32,000 nt of DNA from an uncultured Chloroflexia bacterium (GCA_963718915.1 CAVRAI010000013.1:360001-392000), one strand, 5' to 3'. Numbered from the stretch's first letter, positions 1-9,329 are shown. Notes: generated from the sequence alone by a model not told the origin. Translations and numbers: made by a program.

Positions 1-26
1 GACCCTTCAATCGGAAATCGCGAACC

Positions 27-1292
27 CTATCCAGCCGCCTCAAGTTCGGACAATGGTTTAGCATTGCGCACATGCGGGTTGAATGTCGCAAGCACGGTTA
101 CGAACGCCTGGAGCGCCATGAAGGCAAGCACTGTCACCAGCGGGTTGAAGGCTTCGAGCAGGAAGCCTGTCATTGCGAGGCCAATCGGCTGCCCAGCAAA
201 GGCGATCAGGCGGAAGACACTATTGACGCGCCCCTGTAACTCATCGGGGATAAGCGCCAGCCGATAGCTCATCTGCACGACGTTATACACCGGACCGCTC
301 ACAAATGCCACAGCTACAACAATGCCCAGCCAGATCGGGTTGGGCGCCAGAGCATAGAGCGGGAACAGGATAGTCCACAGCCACATCATGCCAATAATCA
401 CCGTGGCAAAAGGCGCGCGCTTCTGTACCCACGGCGCGATGGCAGCGCCCAGGATGCCACCAATACCGCCAATAGTAAAGATGAGACCAACCACCAGCGA
501 CGAGGCATGCATCTGATCCCGCGCGACAACAATGATGATGAGCACAAGTCCTGGGATGTTGGTGACGCCCGTCAGCACGGCGATAAAGCGGATGAGTGGC
601 TGATGCCAGAGCCAGGCAAGTCCCTCGGCAATCTCTGTCCGTAGCGAGCGCCGGGTCTCGGCTTTTCGCTCTCCCTGGAAGCGCGCGGGAATGAAGAACA
701 GCGTCACGACTGAGCAGGCGTACGATATGGCATCGGCGACGAATGGCAATAGCGCGTGCAGGCCGAACAGCGCGCCGCCCAGCGCGGGACCCACCAGCGT
801 TGCTGTTCCGTCTGTCGCGGCATTCTGCGCGGTGGCCGCGGGAAGCTGCCCCTTCGAGACGACCCGCGGCAGACAGGCTACCTCCGCGATGTTAAAAAAA
901 ACGAAGAGCGACCCCTCCACCGCCGACACAATATAGAGCTGCGCCAGGCTGAGATGATCCAGCGCCAGCGCAACGGGGATGCTGCCCATCGCGATGGCGC
1001 GTCCGGTGTCGCAAAGCATCATCACGCGCTTGCGGTCCCACCGATCCACCAGCGCGCCAGCGGGCAGGCTGAAAAACAAATAGGGCAGCGCGCGCACAGC
1101 GCCCATGAGACCGGCCTGAGCGGGTGAGTTCGTCAGGAAGAGCACCAACAACGGGAAGGCGACGGTCGATACCTCTGTGCCTATCGTGGAGATGGCCTGA
1201 CCGCTCCAGAGCAGCATGTAGCTACGATTGCGCCAGAGCCGCTCAGGACGTGTCGCGCGCGGTTGTTCGGCTGGCATCGCGGATGTGGTCAT
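27..1292 (-). CDS. MFS transporter (DUF894/EntS-like efflux subfamily)
   Basis: 421-aa ORF that is hydrophobic throughout (about 12 helices). It has the N-terminal RNRSYMLLWSGQAIS motif and a VDRWDRKR loop typical of this MFS subfamily. Its ATG overlaps the stop of the upstream ArsR gene (ATGA at 1289-1292). Confidence 0.85.
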   Translation of the reverse strand: MTTSAMPAEQPRATRPERLWRNRSYMLLWSGQAISTIGTEVSTVAFPLLVLFLTNSPAQAGLMGAVRALPYLFFSLPAGALVDRWDRKRVMMLCDTGRAIAMGSIPVALALDHLSLAQLYIVSAVEGSLFVFFNIAEVACLPRVVSKGQLPAATAQNAATDGTATLVGPALGGALFGLHALLPFVADAISYACSVVTLFFIPARFQGERKAETRRSLRTEIAEGLAWLWHQPLIRFIAVLTGVTNIPGLVLIIIVVARDQMHASSLVVGLIFTIGGIGGILGAAIAPWVQKRAPFATVIIGMMWLWTILFPLYALAPNPIWLGIVVAVAFVSGPVYNVVQMSYRLALIPDELQGRVNSVFRLIAFAGQPIGLAMTGFLLEAFNPLVTVLAFMALQAFVTVLATFNPHVRNAKPLSELEAAG

Positions 1293-1969
1293 TCATCGTC
1301 CTCTTTGCTGCTCTCGTCTCTATCATCATCGGATTGCGATTGCTCTGGCAGTGGTCCATCCTGCAAATACGGGGGCGACTGAAACAACGCGACCGAGAGG
1401 CTAAACACCGTACCCTCGCCCGTCACAGGCTCCGCGATAAACTCTTCAACTAGCTCCATCAGGCGCCGTTCATAGTAGGCCTGGCGTTCCGCAGTCAATC
1501 GCGTGTGCGGAAATGCTGTCTTCACCAGCGCATCCTGGCCGCTATCTACCAGCGTCTCCGCAAGCTCATCGCGGGCGTCGGTCAGAAATCGCACCAACGC
1601 AGGCACTTTTCCAGTGACAACATCGGGGAAGTTATAGGTGAAGATGCGCGCTGTCCGGGTATAGTACTTGGCGACGATGCCGCGCACCAGCCGCCGCGCA
1701 ACCACTTTCGCCAGCCCGGCGGACTCGAGCACCTGTAAGTGATGGCCAATTGTGCCTGGCGGCATCTTGAGGCGATCCGCAATTTGCTTGGCTGTCGCGG
1801 GCCTGCTCTGAATGATGCCCAGGATGCGATGGCGAACTGGGTCTGCCAGCGCTTTCATCTGCCGCGGCGTATCAACATCGAGCGAGAGCGGAAGCTCTGG
1901 CATGGTCACTGGCACATCTTCCGGGAGCACCTCTGGCTCATTCCGCTCAGCCGACTCGGCATCATCCAT
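1289..1969 (-). CDS. ArsR-family winged-helix transcriptional regulator
   Basis: 226-aa ORF with the HTH signature PVRHRILGII..ATAKQIADRL.MPPGTIGHHLQVLESAGL. A GGAGAG RBS sits about 6 nt upstream of the ATG at 1969. The 4-bp overlap with the downstream MFS gene implies an operon. Confidence 0.85.
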   Translation of the reverse strand: MDDAESAERNEPEVLPEDVPVTMPELPLSLDVDTPRQMKALADPVRHRILGIIQSRPATAKQIADRLKMPPGTIGHHLQVLESAGLAKVVARRLVRGIVAKYYTRTARIFTYNFPDVVTGKVPALVRFLTDARDELAETLVDSGQDALVKTAFPHTRLTAERQAYYERRLMELVEEFIAEPVTGEGTVFSLSVALFQSPPYLQDGPLPEQSQSDDDRDESSKEDDE

Positions 1970-2290
1970 AGTCGCTCTCCATCACTCACCCCCGAGGTAG
2001 CTTCGACATGCGACTCTCGCCGCACGTGCCGGAAATGTAGCACGAGTTTTCCAGGCCTGTCAAGTCAACTAGGGAATGGCTATAGTCGAGTGGCAGGTAG
2101 AGAAAGCGGCACAGAAGAGAGCACCTGTGCGCATTGCGGCCAGGCAAGCCATCAACAGAGAGTCGGCCAGAATCCCTCCGTATGCCTGGAATCGCCGCCA
2201 ACACTTTCGTCGAGCCCATCTCAAGTATCCCACGCACGTCTTCCAATGTGTTTACCTTTGATGATAGCCATTCCCGTCTGAATAGAGACC

Positions 2291-2320
2291 TTGACAGCAT
2301 CCAGGGGTATCCGTTATACT
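2291..2320 (+). promoter_or_regulatory. sigma-70-type promoter for the 5S rRNA gene
   Basis: Perfect TTGACA at 2291-2296 and TATACT at 2315-2320 with an 18-nt spacer (or TTATAC with 17 nt). It lies about 38 nt upstream of the predicted 5S 5' end. Confidence 0.55.
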
Positions 2321-2357
2321 CTAGCTTGTCACTCGCGAGTTGTGAGACGCGGGGGGA

Positions 2358-2472
2358 TTGGTGACTAGAGCGGAGGGGACACACCCGTTCCCATCCCGAA
2401 CACGGTCGTTAAGCCCTCCAGCCCCCACGATACTGCAGGGGCAGCCCTGTGGGACAATAGGACGTTGCCACT
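2358..2472 (+). rRNA. rrf: 5S ribosomal RNA
   Basis: About 115 nt containing the universal CCCGTTCCCATCCCGAACACGG..GTTAAGCCC core. The terminal helix pairs TGGTGAC (2359-2365) with GTTGCCA (2464-2470). There is also an internal GGGGCAGCCCTGTGGGA.AATAGGACG segment. Confidence 0.9.
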
Positions 2473-2501
2473 CCCCCCGCGCACCACAACCGCACATCTT
2501 G

Positions 2502-2529
2502 GCCCGAGGCGACACGCTTCGGGCTTTTT
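2502..2529 (+). terminator. rho-independent terminator after the 5S rRNA
   Basis: GCCCGAGG (2502-2509) pairs with CTTCGGGC (2517-2524), with one G-U pair and a 7-nt loop. TTTTT follows at 2525-2529. Confidence 0.75.
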
Positions 2530-2583
2530 GCTAGCCGTTGAGCGCGCAGAAGCTGGCATCACCTCAGGAGTTATCCTCAGTCC

Positions 2584-3909
2584 ATGACATCCCCATCGAA
2601 CGAGAGGACTTCCGTCACTCCTTCACCGGACGAACCGCTGGGGAACGTTGCCGATGTTTCCGCCGAGCCACAGATGGAGTCGTCGGGCGCGCGCCGGGGC
2701 AGCGCGTGGCAGGTGCTGCGCAACCGCGATTACTCGCTTCTTTTCTGGGGACAACTGATCTCGGCGGCAGGCACACAGATCCAGGTCGTCGCGGTCGCAT
2801 GGCAGGTCTACCAGCTCACAAATTCGGCGGTGGCGCTTGGTATCATCGGGCTGGTTCAGGCGATTCCACGGTTGATCTTCTCGCTGGTGGGCGGCGTTGT
2901 GGCCGACGCCTATGATCGACGTCGGCTGCTCATTATCGTCAACACGATTCTCGCGTCGCTCTCCGCGATCCTTGCCGTCACCACCCGGATGGGCGCCATC
3001 AACGTCGGCCTCATCTACGCGATTGTGTTGCTGGCGGCCATCGCCTCATCATTCGAGTTTCCCACACGTCAGGCGATTATTCCGACACTCGTGCCGCGCG
3101 CGCAGATGGCCGATGCCCTCTCGATCAGCACGGTACTGATGCAACTGACGTTTGTCGTCGGCTCGGCCGCTGGCGGATTTGTCATCGCGTGGGTAGGACT
3201 GGCAAACACCTATTGGATCGACGTCTTCTCGTATTTTGTCGTCCTGGGGTCGCTCTTCATGATGATCGTGCCGCGCGTTCCGGCGGAGAAGCGCGCACAG
3301 GCTGGATTTGGCGCGCTCGTCGAAGGCATGCTCTTCCTGAGGGCGCACCCTATCATTCTCGCCGTGCTCTCGCTCGACTTCTTCGCCACATTCTTTGGCT
3401 CGCCACGCGCATTGTTGCCGGTCTATTCCGTCGCGATACTGCATACTGGCGCCGCTGGGCTGGGCATTCTGCAGGCGGCAACCTCTATCGGCGCGGTGGC
3501 GCTTGCGCCATTCACCGGGCGCATCGGACGTATCAGACAGCAGGGACTCGGCGTGGCGGTCGCCATCATCGGCTGGGGTATCTGCATCATCGCGTTCGGA
3601 TTCTCCACTGGACCGATGCTACTCTCGGCGCTGTTCCTGGCGGGCGCAGGCGCGGCTGACATGGTGAGCATGGTGCTACGTGGCCTGATCGTCCAGATGA
3701 CGACACCTGATGAGTTCCGTGGCCGCATCAGTGCGGTCAACGCTATGTTCGTCATCGGAGGGCCGATGCTCGGCCAGTTCGAGTCGGGCGTTGTGGCGGG
3801 CCTCACCACGCCCGTGTTCTCGGTCGTCAGTGGTGGTATCGCCTGCATTCTCGCAACGTTGGCCGTCGTGGCGCTGGCGCCGGGGCTGCTACGAGTGCGG
3901 GTCAAGTAG
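2584..3909 (+). CDS. MFS transporter (DUF894/EntS-like), paralogous to 27..1292
   Basis: 441-aa polytopic ORF. The block RNRDYSLLFWGQLISAAGTQ...VADAYDRRR aligns with the first MFS protein. Confidence 0.85.
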   Translation: MTSPSNERTSVTPSPDEPLGNVADVSAEPQMESSGARRGSAWQVLRNRDYSLLFWGQLISAAGTQIQVVAVAWQVYQLTNSAVALGIIGLVQAIPRLIFSLVGGVVADAYDRRRLLIIVNTILASLSAILAVTTRMGAINVGLIYAIVLLAAIASSFEFPTRQAIIPTLVPRAQMADALSISTVLMQLTFVVGSAAGGFVIAWVGLANTYWIDVFSYFVVLGSLFMMIVPRVPAEKRAQAGFGALVEGMLFLRAHPIILAVLSLDFFATFFGSPRALLPVYSVAILHTGAAGLGILQAATSIGAVALAPFTGRIGRIRQQGLGVAVAIIGWGICIIAFGFSTGPMLLSALFLAGAGAADMVSMVLRGLIVQMTTPDEFRGRISAVNAMFVIGGPMLGQFESGVVAGLTTPVFSVVSGGIACILATLAVVALAPGLLRVRVK

Positions 3910-3915
3910 GGCCGC

Positions 3916-4863
3916 TCACCGATTCACGCTGCGGTTGACGAGAAAGATTCCCAGCAGCGCCACCGCGCCACCGAGCATCTGGCGTGGCTCCAACAGCTCG
4001 CTCAGAAATGGGACAGCCAGCAGCGCCGTCAATATGGGTTGGCCGAGAAGCGTTGGCGAGATGACAGAGGCAGGCAAATGTCCAAGAGCGTAGTTGATGG
4101 CGAGATATCCTGCCACCTGTGACACGACACCCAGGGCGAACAAGTAGAGATACTGGGAGGGTGTAAACCCCCACATAGTCCGCCCAAGCGCCAGATTAAG
4201 CGCAAACAGCAACACCGTCCCCACAACCGTCGAAATCCAAAGCGACGAGAGCGTATCCATCCAGACACGCACCCGCTGAATCACCAGCATATAAAAGGCA
4301 TAGAAAAATCCCGCCAGCATTGCCAGGAGATCGCCAACGCCGAGTCCCGAGCCGCGAAAGAGATCAAGCCCGACGATGATTCCCATGCCACAGAGGGCGA
4401 TTGCCAGACCAAGCCAGTAGGAGATACGCAGCCGTTCGCGAAACACCAGCAGCGCCACCAACCCTACGACAATCGGCGCATCATTCCCCAGCAGCGTTGC
4501 ATTGGCCGCATTGGTCAGGAAAAGCGAGGTATTCCAAAAGGCCAGATCCAGGACGAAAAAGACCCCGGCTGCCGCAGCCAGCAGCCAAATGCGCCACCCA
4601 CGCACAACCTTGCCACGGCTCATATTGCGCAGGAAGAGCGGGGCAAGCAAAACCGCCGCGATCGCCACCCGATAGAAGGCGGAGACCGTGCCTGGGGTCT
4701 GCGCGAGGCGTGTGAAGATGGCGGAGAAGGAAATGCAGATGAGGCCAAGCGCCAGCGCGCCATAGACGCGGGCAAGCGGTACTCTGGCGACAGCCAATAG
4801 GGACCGTTCTCCGGTTCGAGCAATGCTCTGGTCAACCTGGGTGGGTAATGAAATGCGGGCCAT
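3916..4863 (-). CDS. EamA/DMT-superfamily permease
   Basis: 315-aa ORF with about 10 TM helices in two EamA-like halves. ATG at 4863. It is the last gene of a same-strand GntR-EamA-EamA cluster. Confidence 0.8.
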   Translation of the reverse strand: MARISLPTQVDQSIARTGERSLLAVARVPLARVYGALALGLICISFSAIFTRLAQTPGTVSAFYRVAIAAVLLAPLFLRNMSRGKVVRGWRIWLLAAAAGVFFVLDLAFWNTSLFLTNAANATLLGNDAPIVVGLVALLVFRERLRISYWLGLAIALCGMGIIVGLDLFRGSGLGVGDLLAMLAGFFYAFYMLVIQRVRVWMDTLSSLWISTVVGTVLLFALNLALGRTMWGFTPSQYLYLFALGVVSQVAGYLAINYALGHLPASVISPTLLGQPILTALLAVPFLSELLEPRQMLGGAVALLGIFLVNRSVNR

Positions 4864-4922
4864 ACGATGTATCCTTTAGCTGAGCAAGCGCCAGCAGTCG
4901 TGCGGTAGGGAGCAGATGATAG

Positions 4923-5903
4923 TCAGTCGGCCACCGGCCTGAGCACGTCAACCTCGCTGGCGCCATCGTCGGAAGCAGGCTCGACGGGGCGGCGCTGCTT
5001 GCGGCGTAAGAGCGCGGTAAGCGTGCCGTTGGTCAGCATCGTGCCCACGAGCACCAGCGCCAGTCCGGCGAGAGTGGTCCAGGTAATGCGCTCGTTCAGG
5101 AGCAGCGCGCCCCAAATCAGCGCCGTGCAGGGCAGCAGGTAGGTGACGAGCGAGGTGCGCGTTGGGCCGACATGGTAGATGAGCCAGAAGTAGAGCAGAT
5201 AGGCAACACCAGTTCCCAGTGCGCCGAGTATCGCGATGGCGCCAATCACCTTGAGCGAGGGCAGATGTGTCGGCGGACTCCATACAGCGGCGACTACCAG
5301 ACTCAAGAGGAGCGCGGGAACCTGCGTGGAGATTGGCCCAACCAGTTGGGCCGAGCCAGCGAAGCGGCGGCTGAGCAGCCCTCCAATGCCGTACGAGGCA
5401 GCAGCGATGAGCACGGCCAGTTCGCCAATAAGCCCATTGGAGTTGTGTCCCACGACATCAATCGCCGACGGGCCAATCGTCACGGCGACACCGACGAACC
5501 CCACCAGCACACTCAACACACGGCCAACGGTCAGCGTCTCATGTCCCGCCCCTATCCACCAGTTGGCGAAGAGCACGATGAACAGCGGCGTTGTTGCATT
5601 GAGAATCGAGGCGGTGCCGCTGGCGATGCGCGTCTCGCCCCAGGAGATCAGCAAGAACGGAATCATAATGTTAAAAATAGCGGTGATGATGCCGAGCCGC
5701 CAGTACCGGTACCAGCCTTTGACAAGGCGAGGACGGATGGCGATGATGATGCCCAGGGTGATAACCGACGCGGTCAACCGTCCAGCGACGACAGTTGCGG
5801 GCGAGACTTCCTCGACACCTATCTTGATAAACAAAAATGATGCGCCCCAGATGAGCGCCAGCGCGAATAAGACGCTATATTCCCGAAGTACGATACGCAC
5901 CAC
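4923..5903 (-). CDS. EamA/DMT-superfamily permease
   Basis: 326-aa ORF with an LALIWGASFLFIK EamA N-terminal motif and 10 TM helices. GTG start at 5903 is preceded by GGGAGGGAG. It starts 34 nt downstream of the GntR stop. Confidence 0.8.
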   Translation of the reverse strand: MVRIVLREYSVLFALALIWGASFLFIKIGVEEVSPATVVAGRLTASVITLGIIIAIRPRLVKGWYRYWRLGIITAIFNIMIPFLLISWGETRIASGTASILNATTPLFIVLFANWWIGAGHETLTVGRVLSVLVGFVGVAVTIGPSAIDVVGHNSNGLIGELAVLIAAASYGIGGLLSRRFAGSAQLVGPISTQVPALLLSLVVAAVWSPPTHLPSLKVIGAIAILGALGTGVAYLLYFWLIYHVGPTRTSLVTYLLPCTALIWGALLLNERITWTTLAGLALVLVGTMLTNGTLTALLRRKQRRPVEPASDDGASEVDVLRPVAD

Positions 5904-5937
5904 CGATTCTCCCTCCCAACAGACGCCAGTCGCGAGA

Positions 5938-6609
5938 TTAGCGTGACTGCGCCGCCTGCGGCGTTATCCACGCCAGACCGCGATCCCAGTTTCGCGCCAG
6001 CACGCGATCCGCCAGTGTGCCATCGCGCGCCACCAGAGCCGCGATGAGTTGTTCATGATCGCGCAGTGATGGTGTGCGATCTGCCCACCCCCAGAAAGCA
6101 CACTCCAGACGCCGCACCTTTGCCTTCAAATCGGTAAGAGTCGTCTTCAACTCGTCATTACCGCAACACGCGATGAAGACACCATGCACCGCCTCGTCGG
6201 CCAGCGTCGCGGCGTTCGCATCACCAGCGGCCAGCGCGGCAGCCAGTTCAGCATTGGCGCCTCGCATCGCCTCAAGGGGGGCCTCATCGATCATTGGTAG
6301 CGCCAAGCGCAGCGCTAGCGCTTCGAGCGCGACGGTTATCGGATAAATTTCACGCGCCTGTTTCAGCGTGACCGGGCTGACCGACGTGCGCCGGGTAGAG
6401 CTGGTGACTACCAATCCCTCGGTTTCCAGCCGCTGCAGCGCGTCGCGTACGGGTGTGCGGCTCATCCCCAGCGCTTCGGCTAGCGCCTCATCGCGTAACG
6501 CTTCGCCCGGCGCCAACGTACCATCGATAATCCAGTCGCGCAGTTGGGCGTAGGCGTCATCAGAAAGACAACGGCGTGTGAGTGGTATCGCGGACGCTGG
6601 AACAGGCAT
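5938..6609 (-). CDS. GntR-family regulator with FCD (FadR C-terminal) domain
   Basis: HTH block AYAQLRDWIIDGTLAPGEALRDEALAEALGMSRTPVRDALQRLETEGLV, followed by a helical His-containing C-terminal domain. I prefer the ATG at 6609 (AGGAG about 7 nt upstream) over the longer ORF start at 6681. Confidence 0.85.
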   Translation of the reverse strand: MPVPASAIPLTRRCLSDDAYAQLRDWIIDGTLAPGEALRDEALAEALGMSRTPVRDALQRLETEGLVVTSSTRRTSVSPVTLKQAREIYPITVALEALALRLALPMIDEAPLEAMRGANAELAAALAAGDANAATLADEAVHGVFIACCGNDELKTTLTDLKAKVRRLECAFWGWADRTPSLRDHEQLIAALVARDGTLADRVLARNWDRGLAWITPQAAQSR

Positions 6610-6640
6610 TGGAAGCTCCTCTCGCCAGTAGGTCGGCTGG

Positions 6641-6656
6641 ATATTGTATACAATAT
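6641..6656. promoter_or_regulatory. probable GntR operator (perfect 16-bp palindrome)
   Basis: ATATTGTATACAATAT is perfectly self-complementary and contains the GT-N-AC core typical of GntR/FadR operators. It lies 32-47 nt upstream of the GntR start codon. Confidence 0.6.
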
Positions 6657-6730
6657 ACCAATTAACCTGACCCACAGACAAGAGCCATCACACATATCAA
6701 CCGGCGCAGACAACCACAGGTTGCGAACAG

Positions 6731-6768
6731 AGGGCAACAAAAGTCCCCCAGCGCATGCCGGGGGACTT
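6731..6768 (-). terminator. rho-independent terminator of the acyl-CoA synthetase / membrane protein unit
   Basis: On the minus strand, AAGUCCCCC (from 6768-6760) pairs with GGGGGACUU (6749-6741) across a 10-nt loop. The 3' arm ends in UU and UUGUUG follows. It lies 25 nt after the stop at 6793. Confidence 0.65.
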
Positions 6769-6792
6769 CACAGTAGCAAGGTGAATGGAACG

Positions 6793-7176
6793 TCAGCGGC
6801 GTACCCCAGAGACGCCGAGCGCCTCGCGTCCCACGCCAATGGCGACCAGAATGGCGATGCCCTCGATCAGCACGATCATGGGAATCCAGAGCCAGAGGAA
6901 CTGGGTGCGGCTGATTTCCGAATTGCCGAGAATCATGGCGAAGATGACACCGGTCGCCAGCGGGAGAGCGGCGCACAGGGCGACGATGACCACCTTCGAG
7001 AGCGCGTCGAAAAGTGGATGCTGATAGTTCTTGGGCGCTTTATATCCCTGGCCTGGCCCGGCCTTTGGAATCTTGACATACACCTTTTCTGGTGTTGTCT
7101 GCGTCTCAGATGATGTATCAGTGCCCATATCGCTCTCGCCTTCATTCCAGTGTCCCATCGCCGCTGATGGTCGCAT
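6793..7176 (-). CDS. small membrane protein, unknown function (2 TM)
   Basis: 127-aa ORF with two clear hydrophobic helices (VVIVALCAALPLATGVIFAMIL and LWLWIPMIVLIEGIAILVAIGV). It begins 65 nt downstream of the synthetase gene on the same strand. The start is uncertain (alternative ATGs at 7158 and 7128). Confidence 0.5.
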   Translation of the reverse strand: MRPSAAMGHWNEGESDMGTDTSSETQTTPEKVYVKIPKAGPGQGYKAPKNYQHPLFDALSKVVIVALCAALPLATGVIFAMILGNSEISRTQFLWLWIPMIVLIEGIAILVAIGVGREALGVSGVRR

Positions 7177-7241
7177 GCTGCTTCTCGTCTAGTTTAGGGC
7201 GGCATCCTCTCCCCGTCAAGAGCACTATGCCGCCGGATAGC

Positions 7242-8921
7242 TCATCCCTGCGCCAATTTGCGCTGCCGTTCGCGCTCGCGTAGCTCCACCCGCCGAATCT
7301 TGCCACTGATCGTCTTGGGCAGTTCGGTGACGAACTCGATCTCGCGCGGATACTTATACGGCGCCGTCACCGTCTTGACATACTCCTGCAATTCAGCGGC
7401 CAGTTCATCGCTCGGCGTGTAGCCTGGCGCGAGAATCACGAACGCCTTGACGATCTCGCCACGGATAGTGTCTGGGCTGGCGACCACCGCCGACTCGATG
7501 ACGGCGGGATGCTCTACCAGCGCGCTCTCGACCTCGAACGGGCCGATCCGGTAGCCCGCGGAGATGATGACATCGTCGGCGCGCCCCACGAACCAGAAAT
7601 AGCCGTCGGCGTCGCGGTAGGCGCGGTCGCCTGTAAGATACCAGTCACCCTTGAAGGATCGCTCCATCGCCTCGGTATTGCGCCAATACTCGCGGAATAG
7701 GCCAAGCGGGCGATCGGGACGCACGCGCACGGCGATATCGCCCTCCTGATCGGGGCCAATCTCCTGTCCATCGTTGTCAACGACCGCCACATCGAAGCCA
7801 GGGGACGGTTTGCCCATTGAGCCAGGACGCACATCCATGCCAGGGAAGTTGCCGCAGAGCAGCACAGTCTCCGTCTGGCCATAGCCATCGTGGATGGTCA
7901 ATCCGGTTGCCGCGCGCCAGGAGTCGATCACCTCGGGGTTGAGTGGCTCGCCCGCGCCGACGCAGTGTCGGAGCGCGGACAATTTGACGCTAGAGAGATC
8001 CTGCTGCACGAGCAGGCGATAGGCCGTCGGGGGCGCGCAGAAGGTTGAAATGGGGTAGCGCTGTAGCAGCGCGAGCGTCTCAGCCGCGTCGAACTTGCCG
8101 CGCGCATCCTGAATGAAGAGCGCCGCGCCGTTGCCCCATGGGCCAAAGAAGTTGCTCCAGGCGGCCTTTGCCCAACCCATCTCAGATAAGTTCCAGTGCA
8201 GGTCATCCAGGCGCAGATCGAGCCAGTAGCGGCCCGTCACAGCGGTATGGCCAACGGGATAGCTGGCATGGGTATGCAGCACCATCTTGGGATAGCCGAC
8301 GGTGCCGCTGGTGAAGTAGATCAGACAGGGATCGCTGCTGGTGGTCACCCGGTCGTACCACGTCGGCGCAGCGACATCTACCGCCGGATGGTAGCCAACG
8401 CAGCCCACTGGACACTCCGCGCCTGGCTCATCCACCACCATGACTGTGCGAATGGTCGGGCATTGCTCCCGCACCGGCGCCAGTTTCGCGGCCCCCGCCT
8501 GATCAGTAATCAGCGCTACCGCTTCCGCAATCTCGGCGCGATACTGAATATCTTTTGGGGTGAGCAGCGTCGTGCAGGGAATGCCAATCGCGCCCAGCTT
8601 CATCAGGCCCAGCATCACCTCCCACCACTCCGGCACACGCGGCAGCATCAGCAATACACGCTCGCCCTTCTGTATGCCCAGCGTCTTAAGCGCATGGGCG
8701 GCGCGGCTGCTCTGTTCGTCGAATTCGGCGAATGTGTAGCGCTCTTCCCGGCCATCCTGGCCAATCCAGAGCATCGCCAACTTGTCCGAGTCCTCTGCCC
8801 AGCGACCAATGGTATCTATCGCGAAGTTGTAGTCGTCGGCCACCTGCCACGTGAATTTCCGCCGCTCTTCTTCGTAGTCGGCCATGTTGTGCGCTGGGGT
8901 TCGGTCATCATCTGTCATCAT
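7242..8921 (-). CDS. AMP-dependent acyl-CoA synthetase/ligase (medium-chain/ACSM-like)
   Basis: Contains the AMP-binding motif YFTSGTVGYPKMVLHTH, GYGQTET, the YLTGDRAYRDADGYFWFVGRADDVI hinge and a C-terminal PKTISGKIRR lysine motif. AGGAG lies 5 nt before the ATG at 8921; the ORF track gives a GTG at 8927. Confidence 0.9.
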   Translation of the reverse strand: MMTDDDRTPAHNMADYEEERRKFTWQVADDYNFAIDTIGRWAEDSDKLAMLWIGQDGREERYTFAEFDEQSSRAAHALKTLGIQKGERVLLMLPRVPEWWEVMLGLMKLGAIGIPCTTLLTPKDIQYRAEIAEAVALITDQAGAAKLAPVREQCPTIRTVMVVDEPGAECPVGCVGYHPAVDVAAPTWYDRVTTSSDPCLIYFTSGTVGYPKMVLHTHASYPVGHTAVTGRYWLDLRLDDLHWNLSEMGWAKAAWSNFFGPWGNGAALFIQDARGKFDAAETLALLQRYPISTFCAPPTAYRLLVQQDLSSVKLSALRHCVGAGEPLNPEVIDSWRAATGLTIHDGYGQTETVLLCGNFPGMDVRPGSMGKPSPGFDVAVVDNDGQEIGPDQEGDIAVRVRPDRPLGLFREYWRNTEAMERSFKGDWYLTGDRAYRDADGYFWFVGRADDVIISAGYRIGPFEVESALVEHPAVIESAVVASPDTIRGEIVKAFVILAPGYTPSDELAAELQEYVKTVTAPYKYPREIEFVTELPKTISGKIRRVELRERERQRKLAQG

Positions 8922-9265
8922 TGCCACTCCTCGCTTCGTTGCCCGGAGCCTCGCTTACGCTGAACAGGGGATAGTCCAGTATACGCCGCACGGAATTGGC
9001 CCAGCAATTGCTGGCAGAGTCATACAGGGTCATACAGACGCTAGCCAGTGGCGTCAACGGAATACGCGAGTACTTCCGGGATAACACGAACTGGTGTGGC
9101 CCCTCGACAACGTCTGAAATACGCGGTACCATGCTCGTATGCTGGCGTCTCTGCATAACACTCGCATGGCTTATTCAGCGGTGTCGGTATGTGGATAGAC
9201 TATGCGGTTGTCTAGTCGGTCGTGTATCCAGTAGTACCAGGCAGCGTAGTACCTGCTTCCCAAAC

Positions 9266-9294
9266 TTGCGCGACATCGGCGCCAGTGCTATACT
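9266..9294 (+). promoter_or_regulatory. candidate extended -10 promoter for the sigma factor gene
   Basis: TGcTATACT at 9286-9294 with a weak -35 (TTGCGC at 9266-9271) and a 17-nt spacer. It lies about 36 nt upstream of the ATG at 9330. Confidence 0.3.
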
Positions 9295-9329
9295 GCGCCC
9301 GCAGACGTCGGAAGTGAACGGACACAGTC

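Noticed and set aside
2050-2105. Imperfect inverted repeat (CCTGTCAAGTCAACTAG ... CTATAGTCGAGTGGCAGG) considered as the ArsR operator upstream of the ArsR-MFS operon.
   Set aside because: Fewer than half of the positions pair when the arms are aligned, which is not better than chance.
5236-5946. Long antisense ORFs opposite real genes. Examples: 5236..5946(+), 8196..8963(+), 18583..19422(+), 19611..20459(+), 22943..23611(-), 23881..24549(+), 3423..3905(-).
   Set aside because: These are typical shadow ORFs of a high-GC genome. They are Arg/Ala/Pro-rich and lack motifs. Each lies fully inside a CDS that carries strong family signatures on the other strand.
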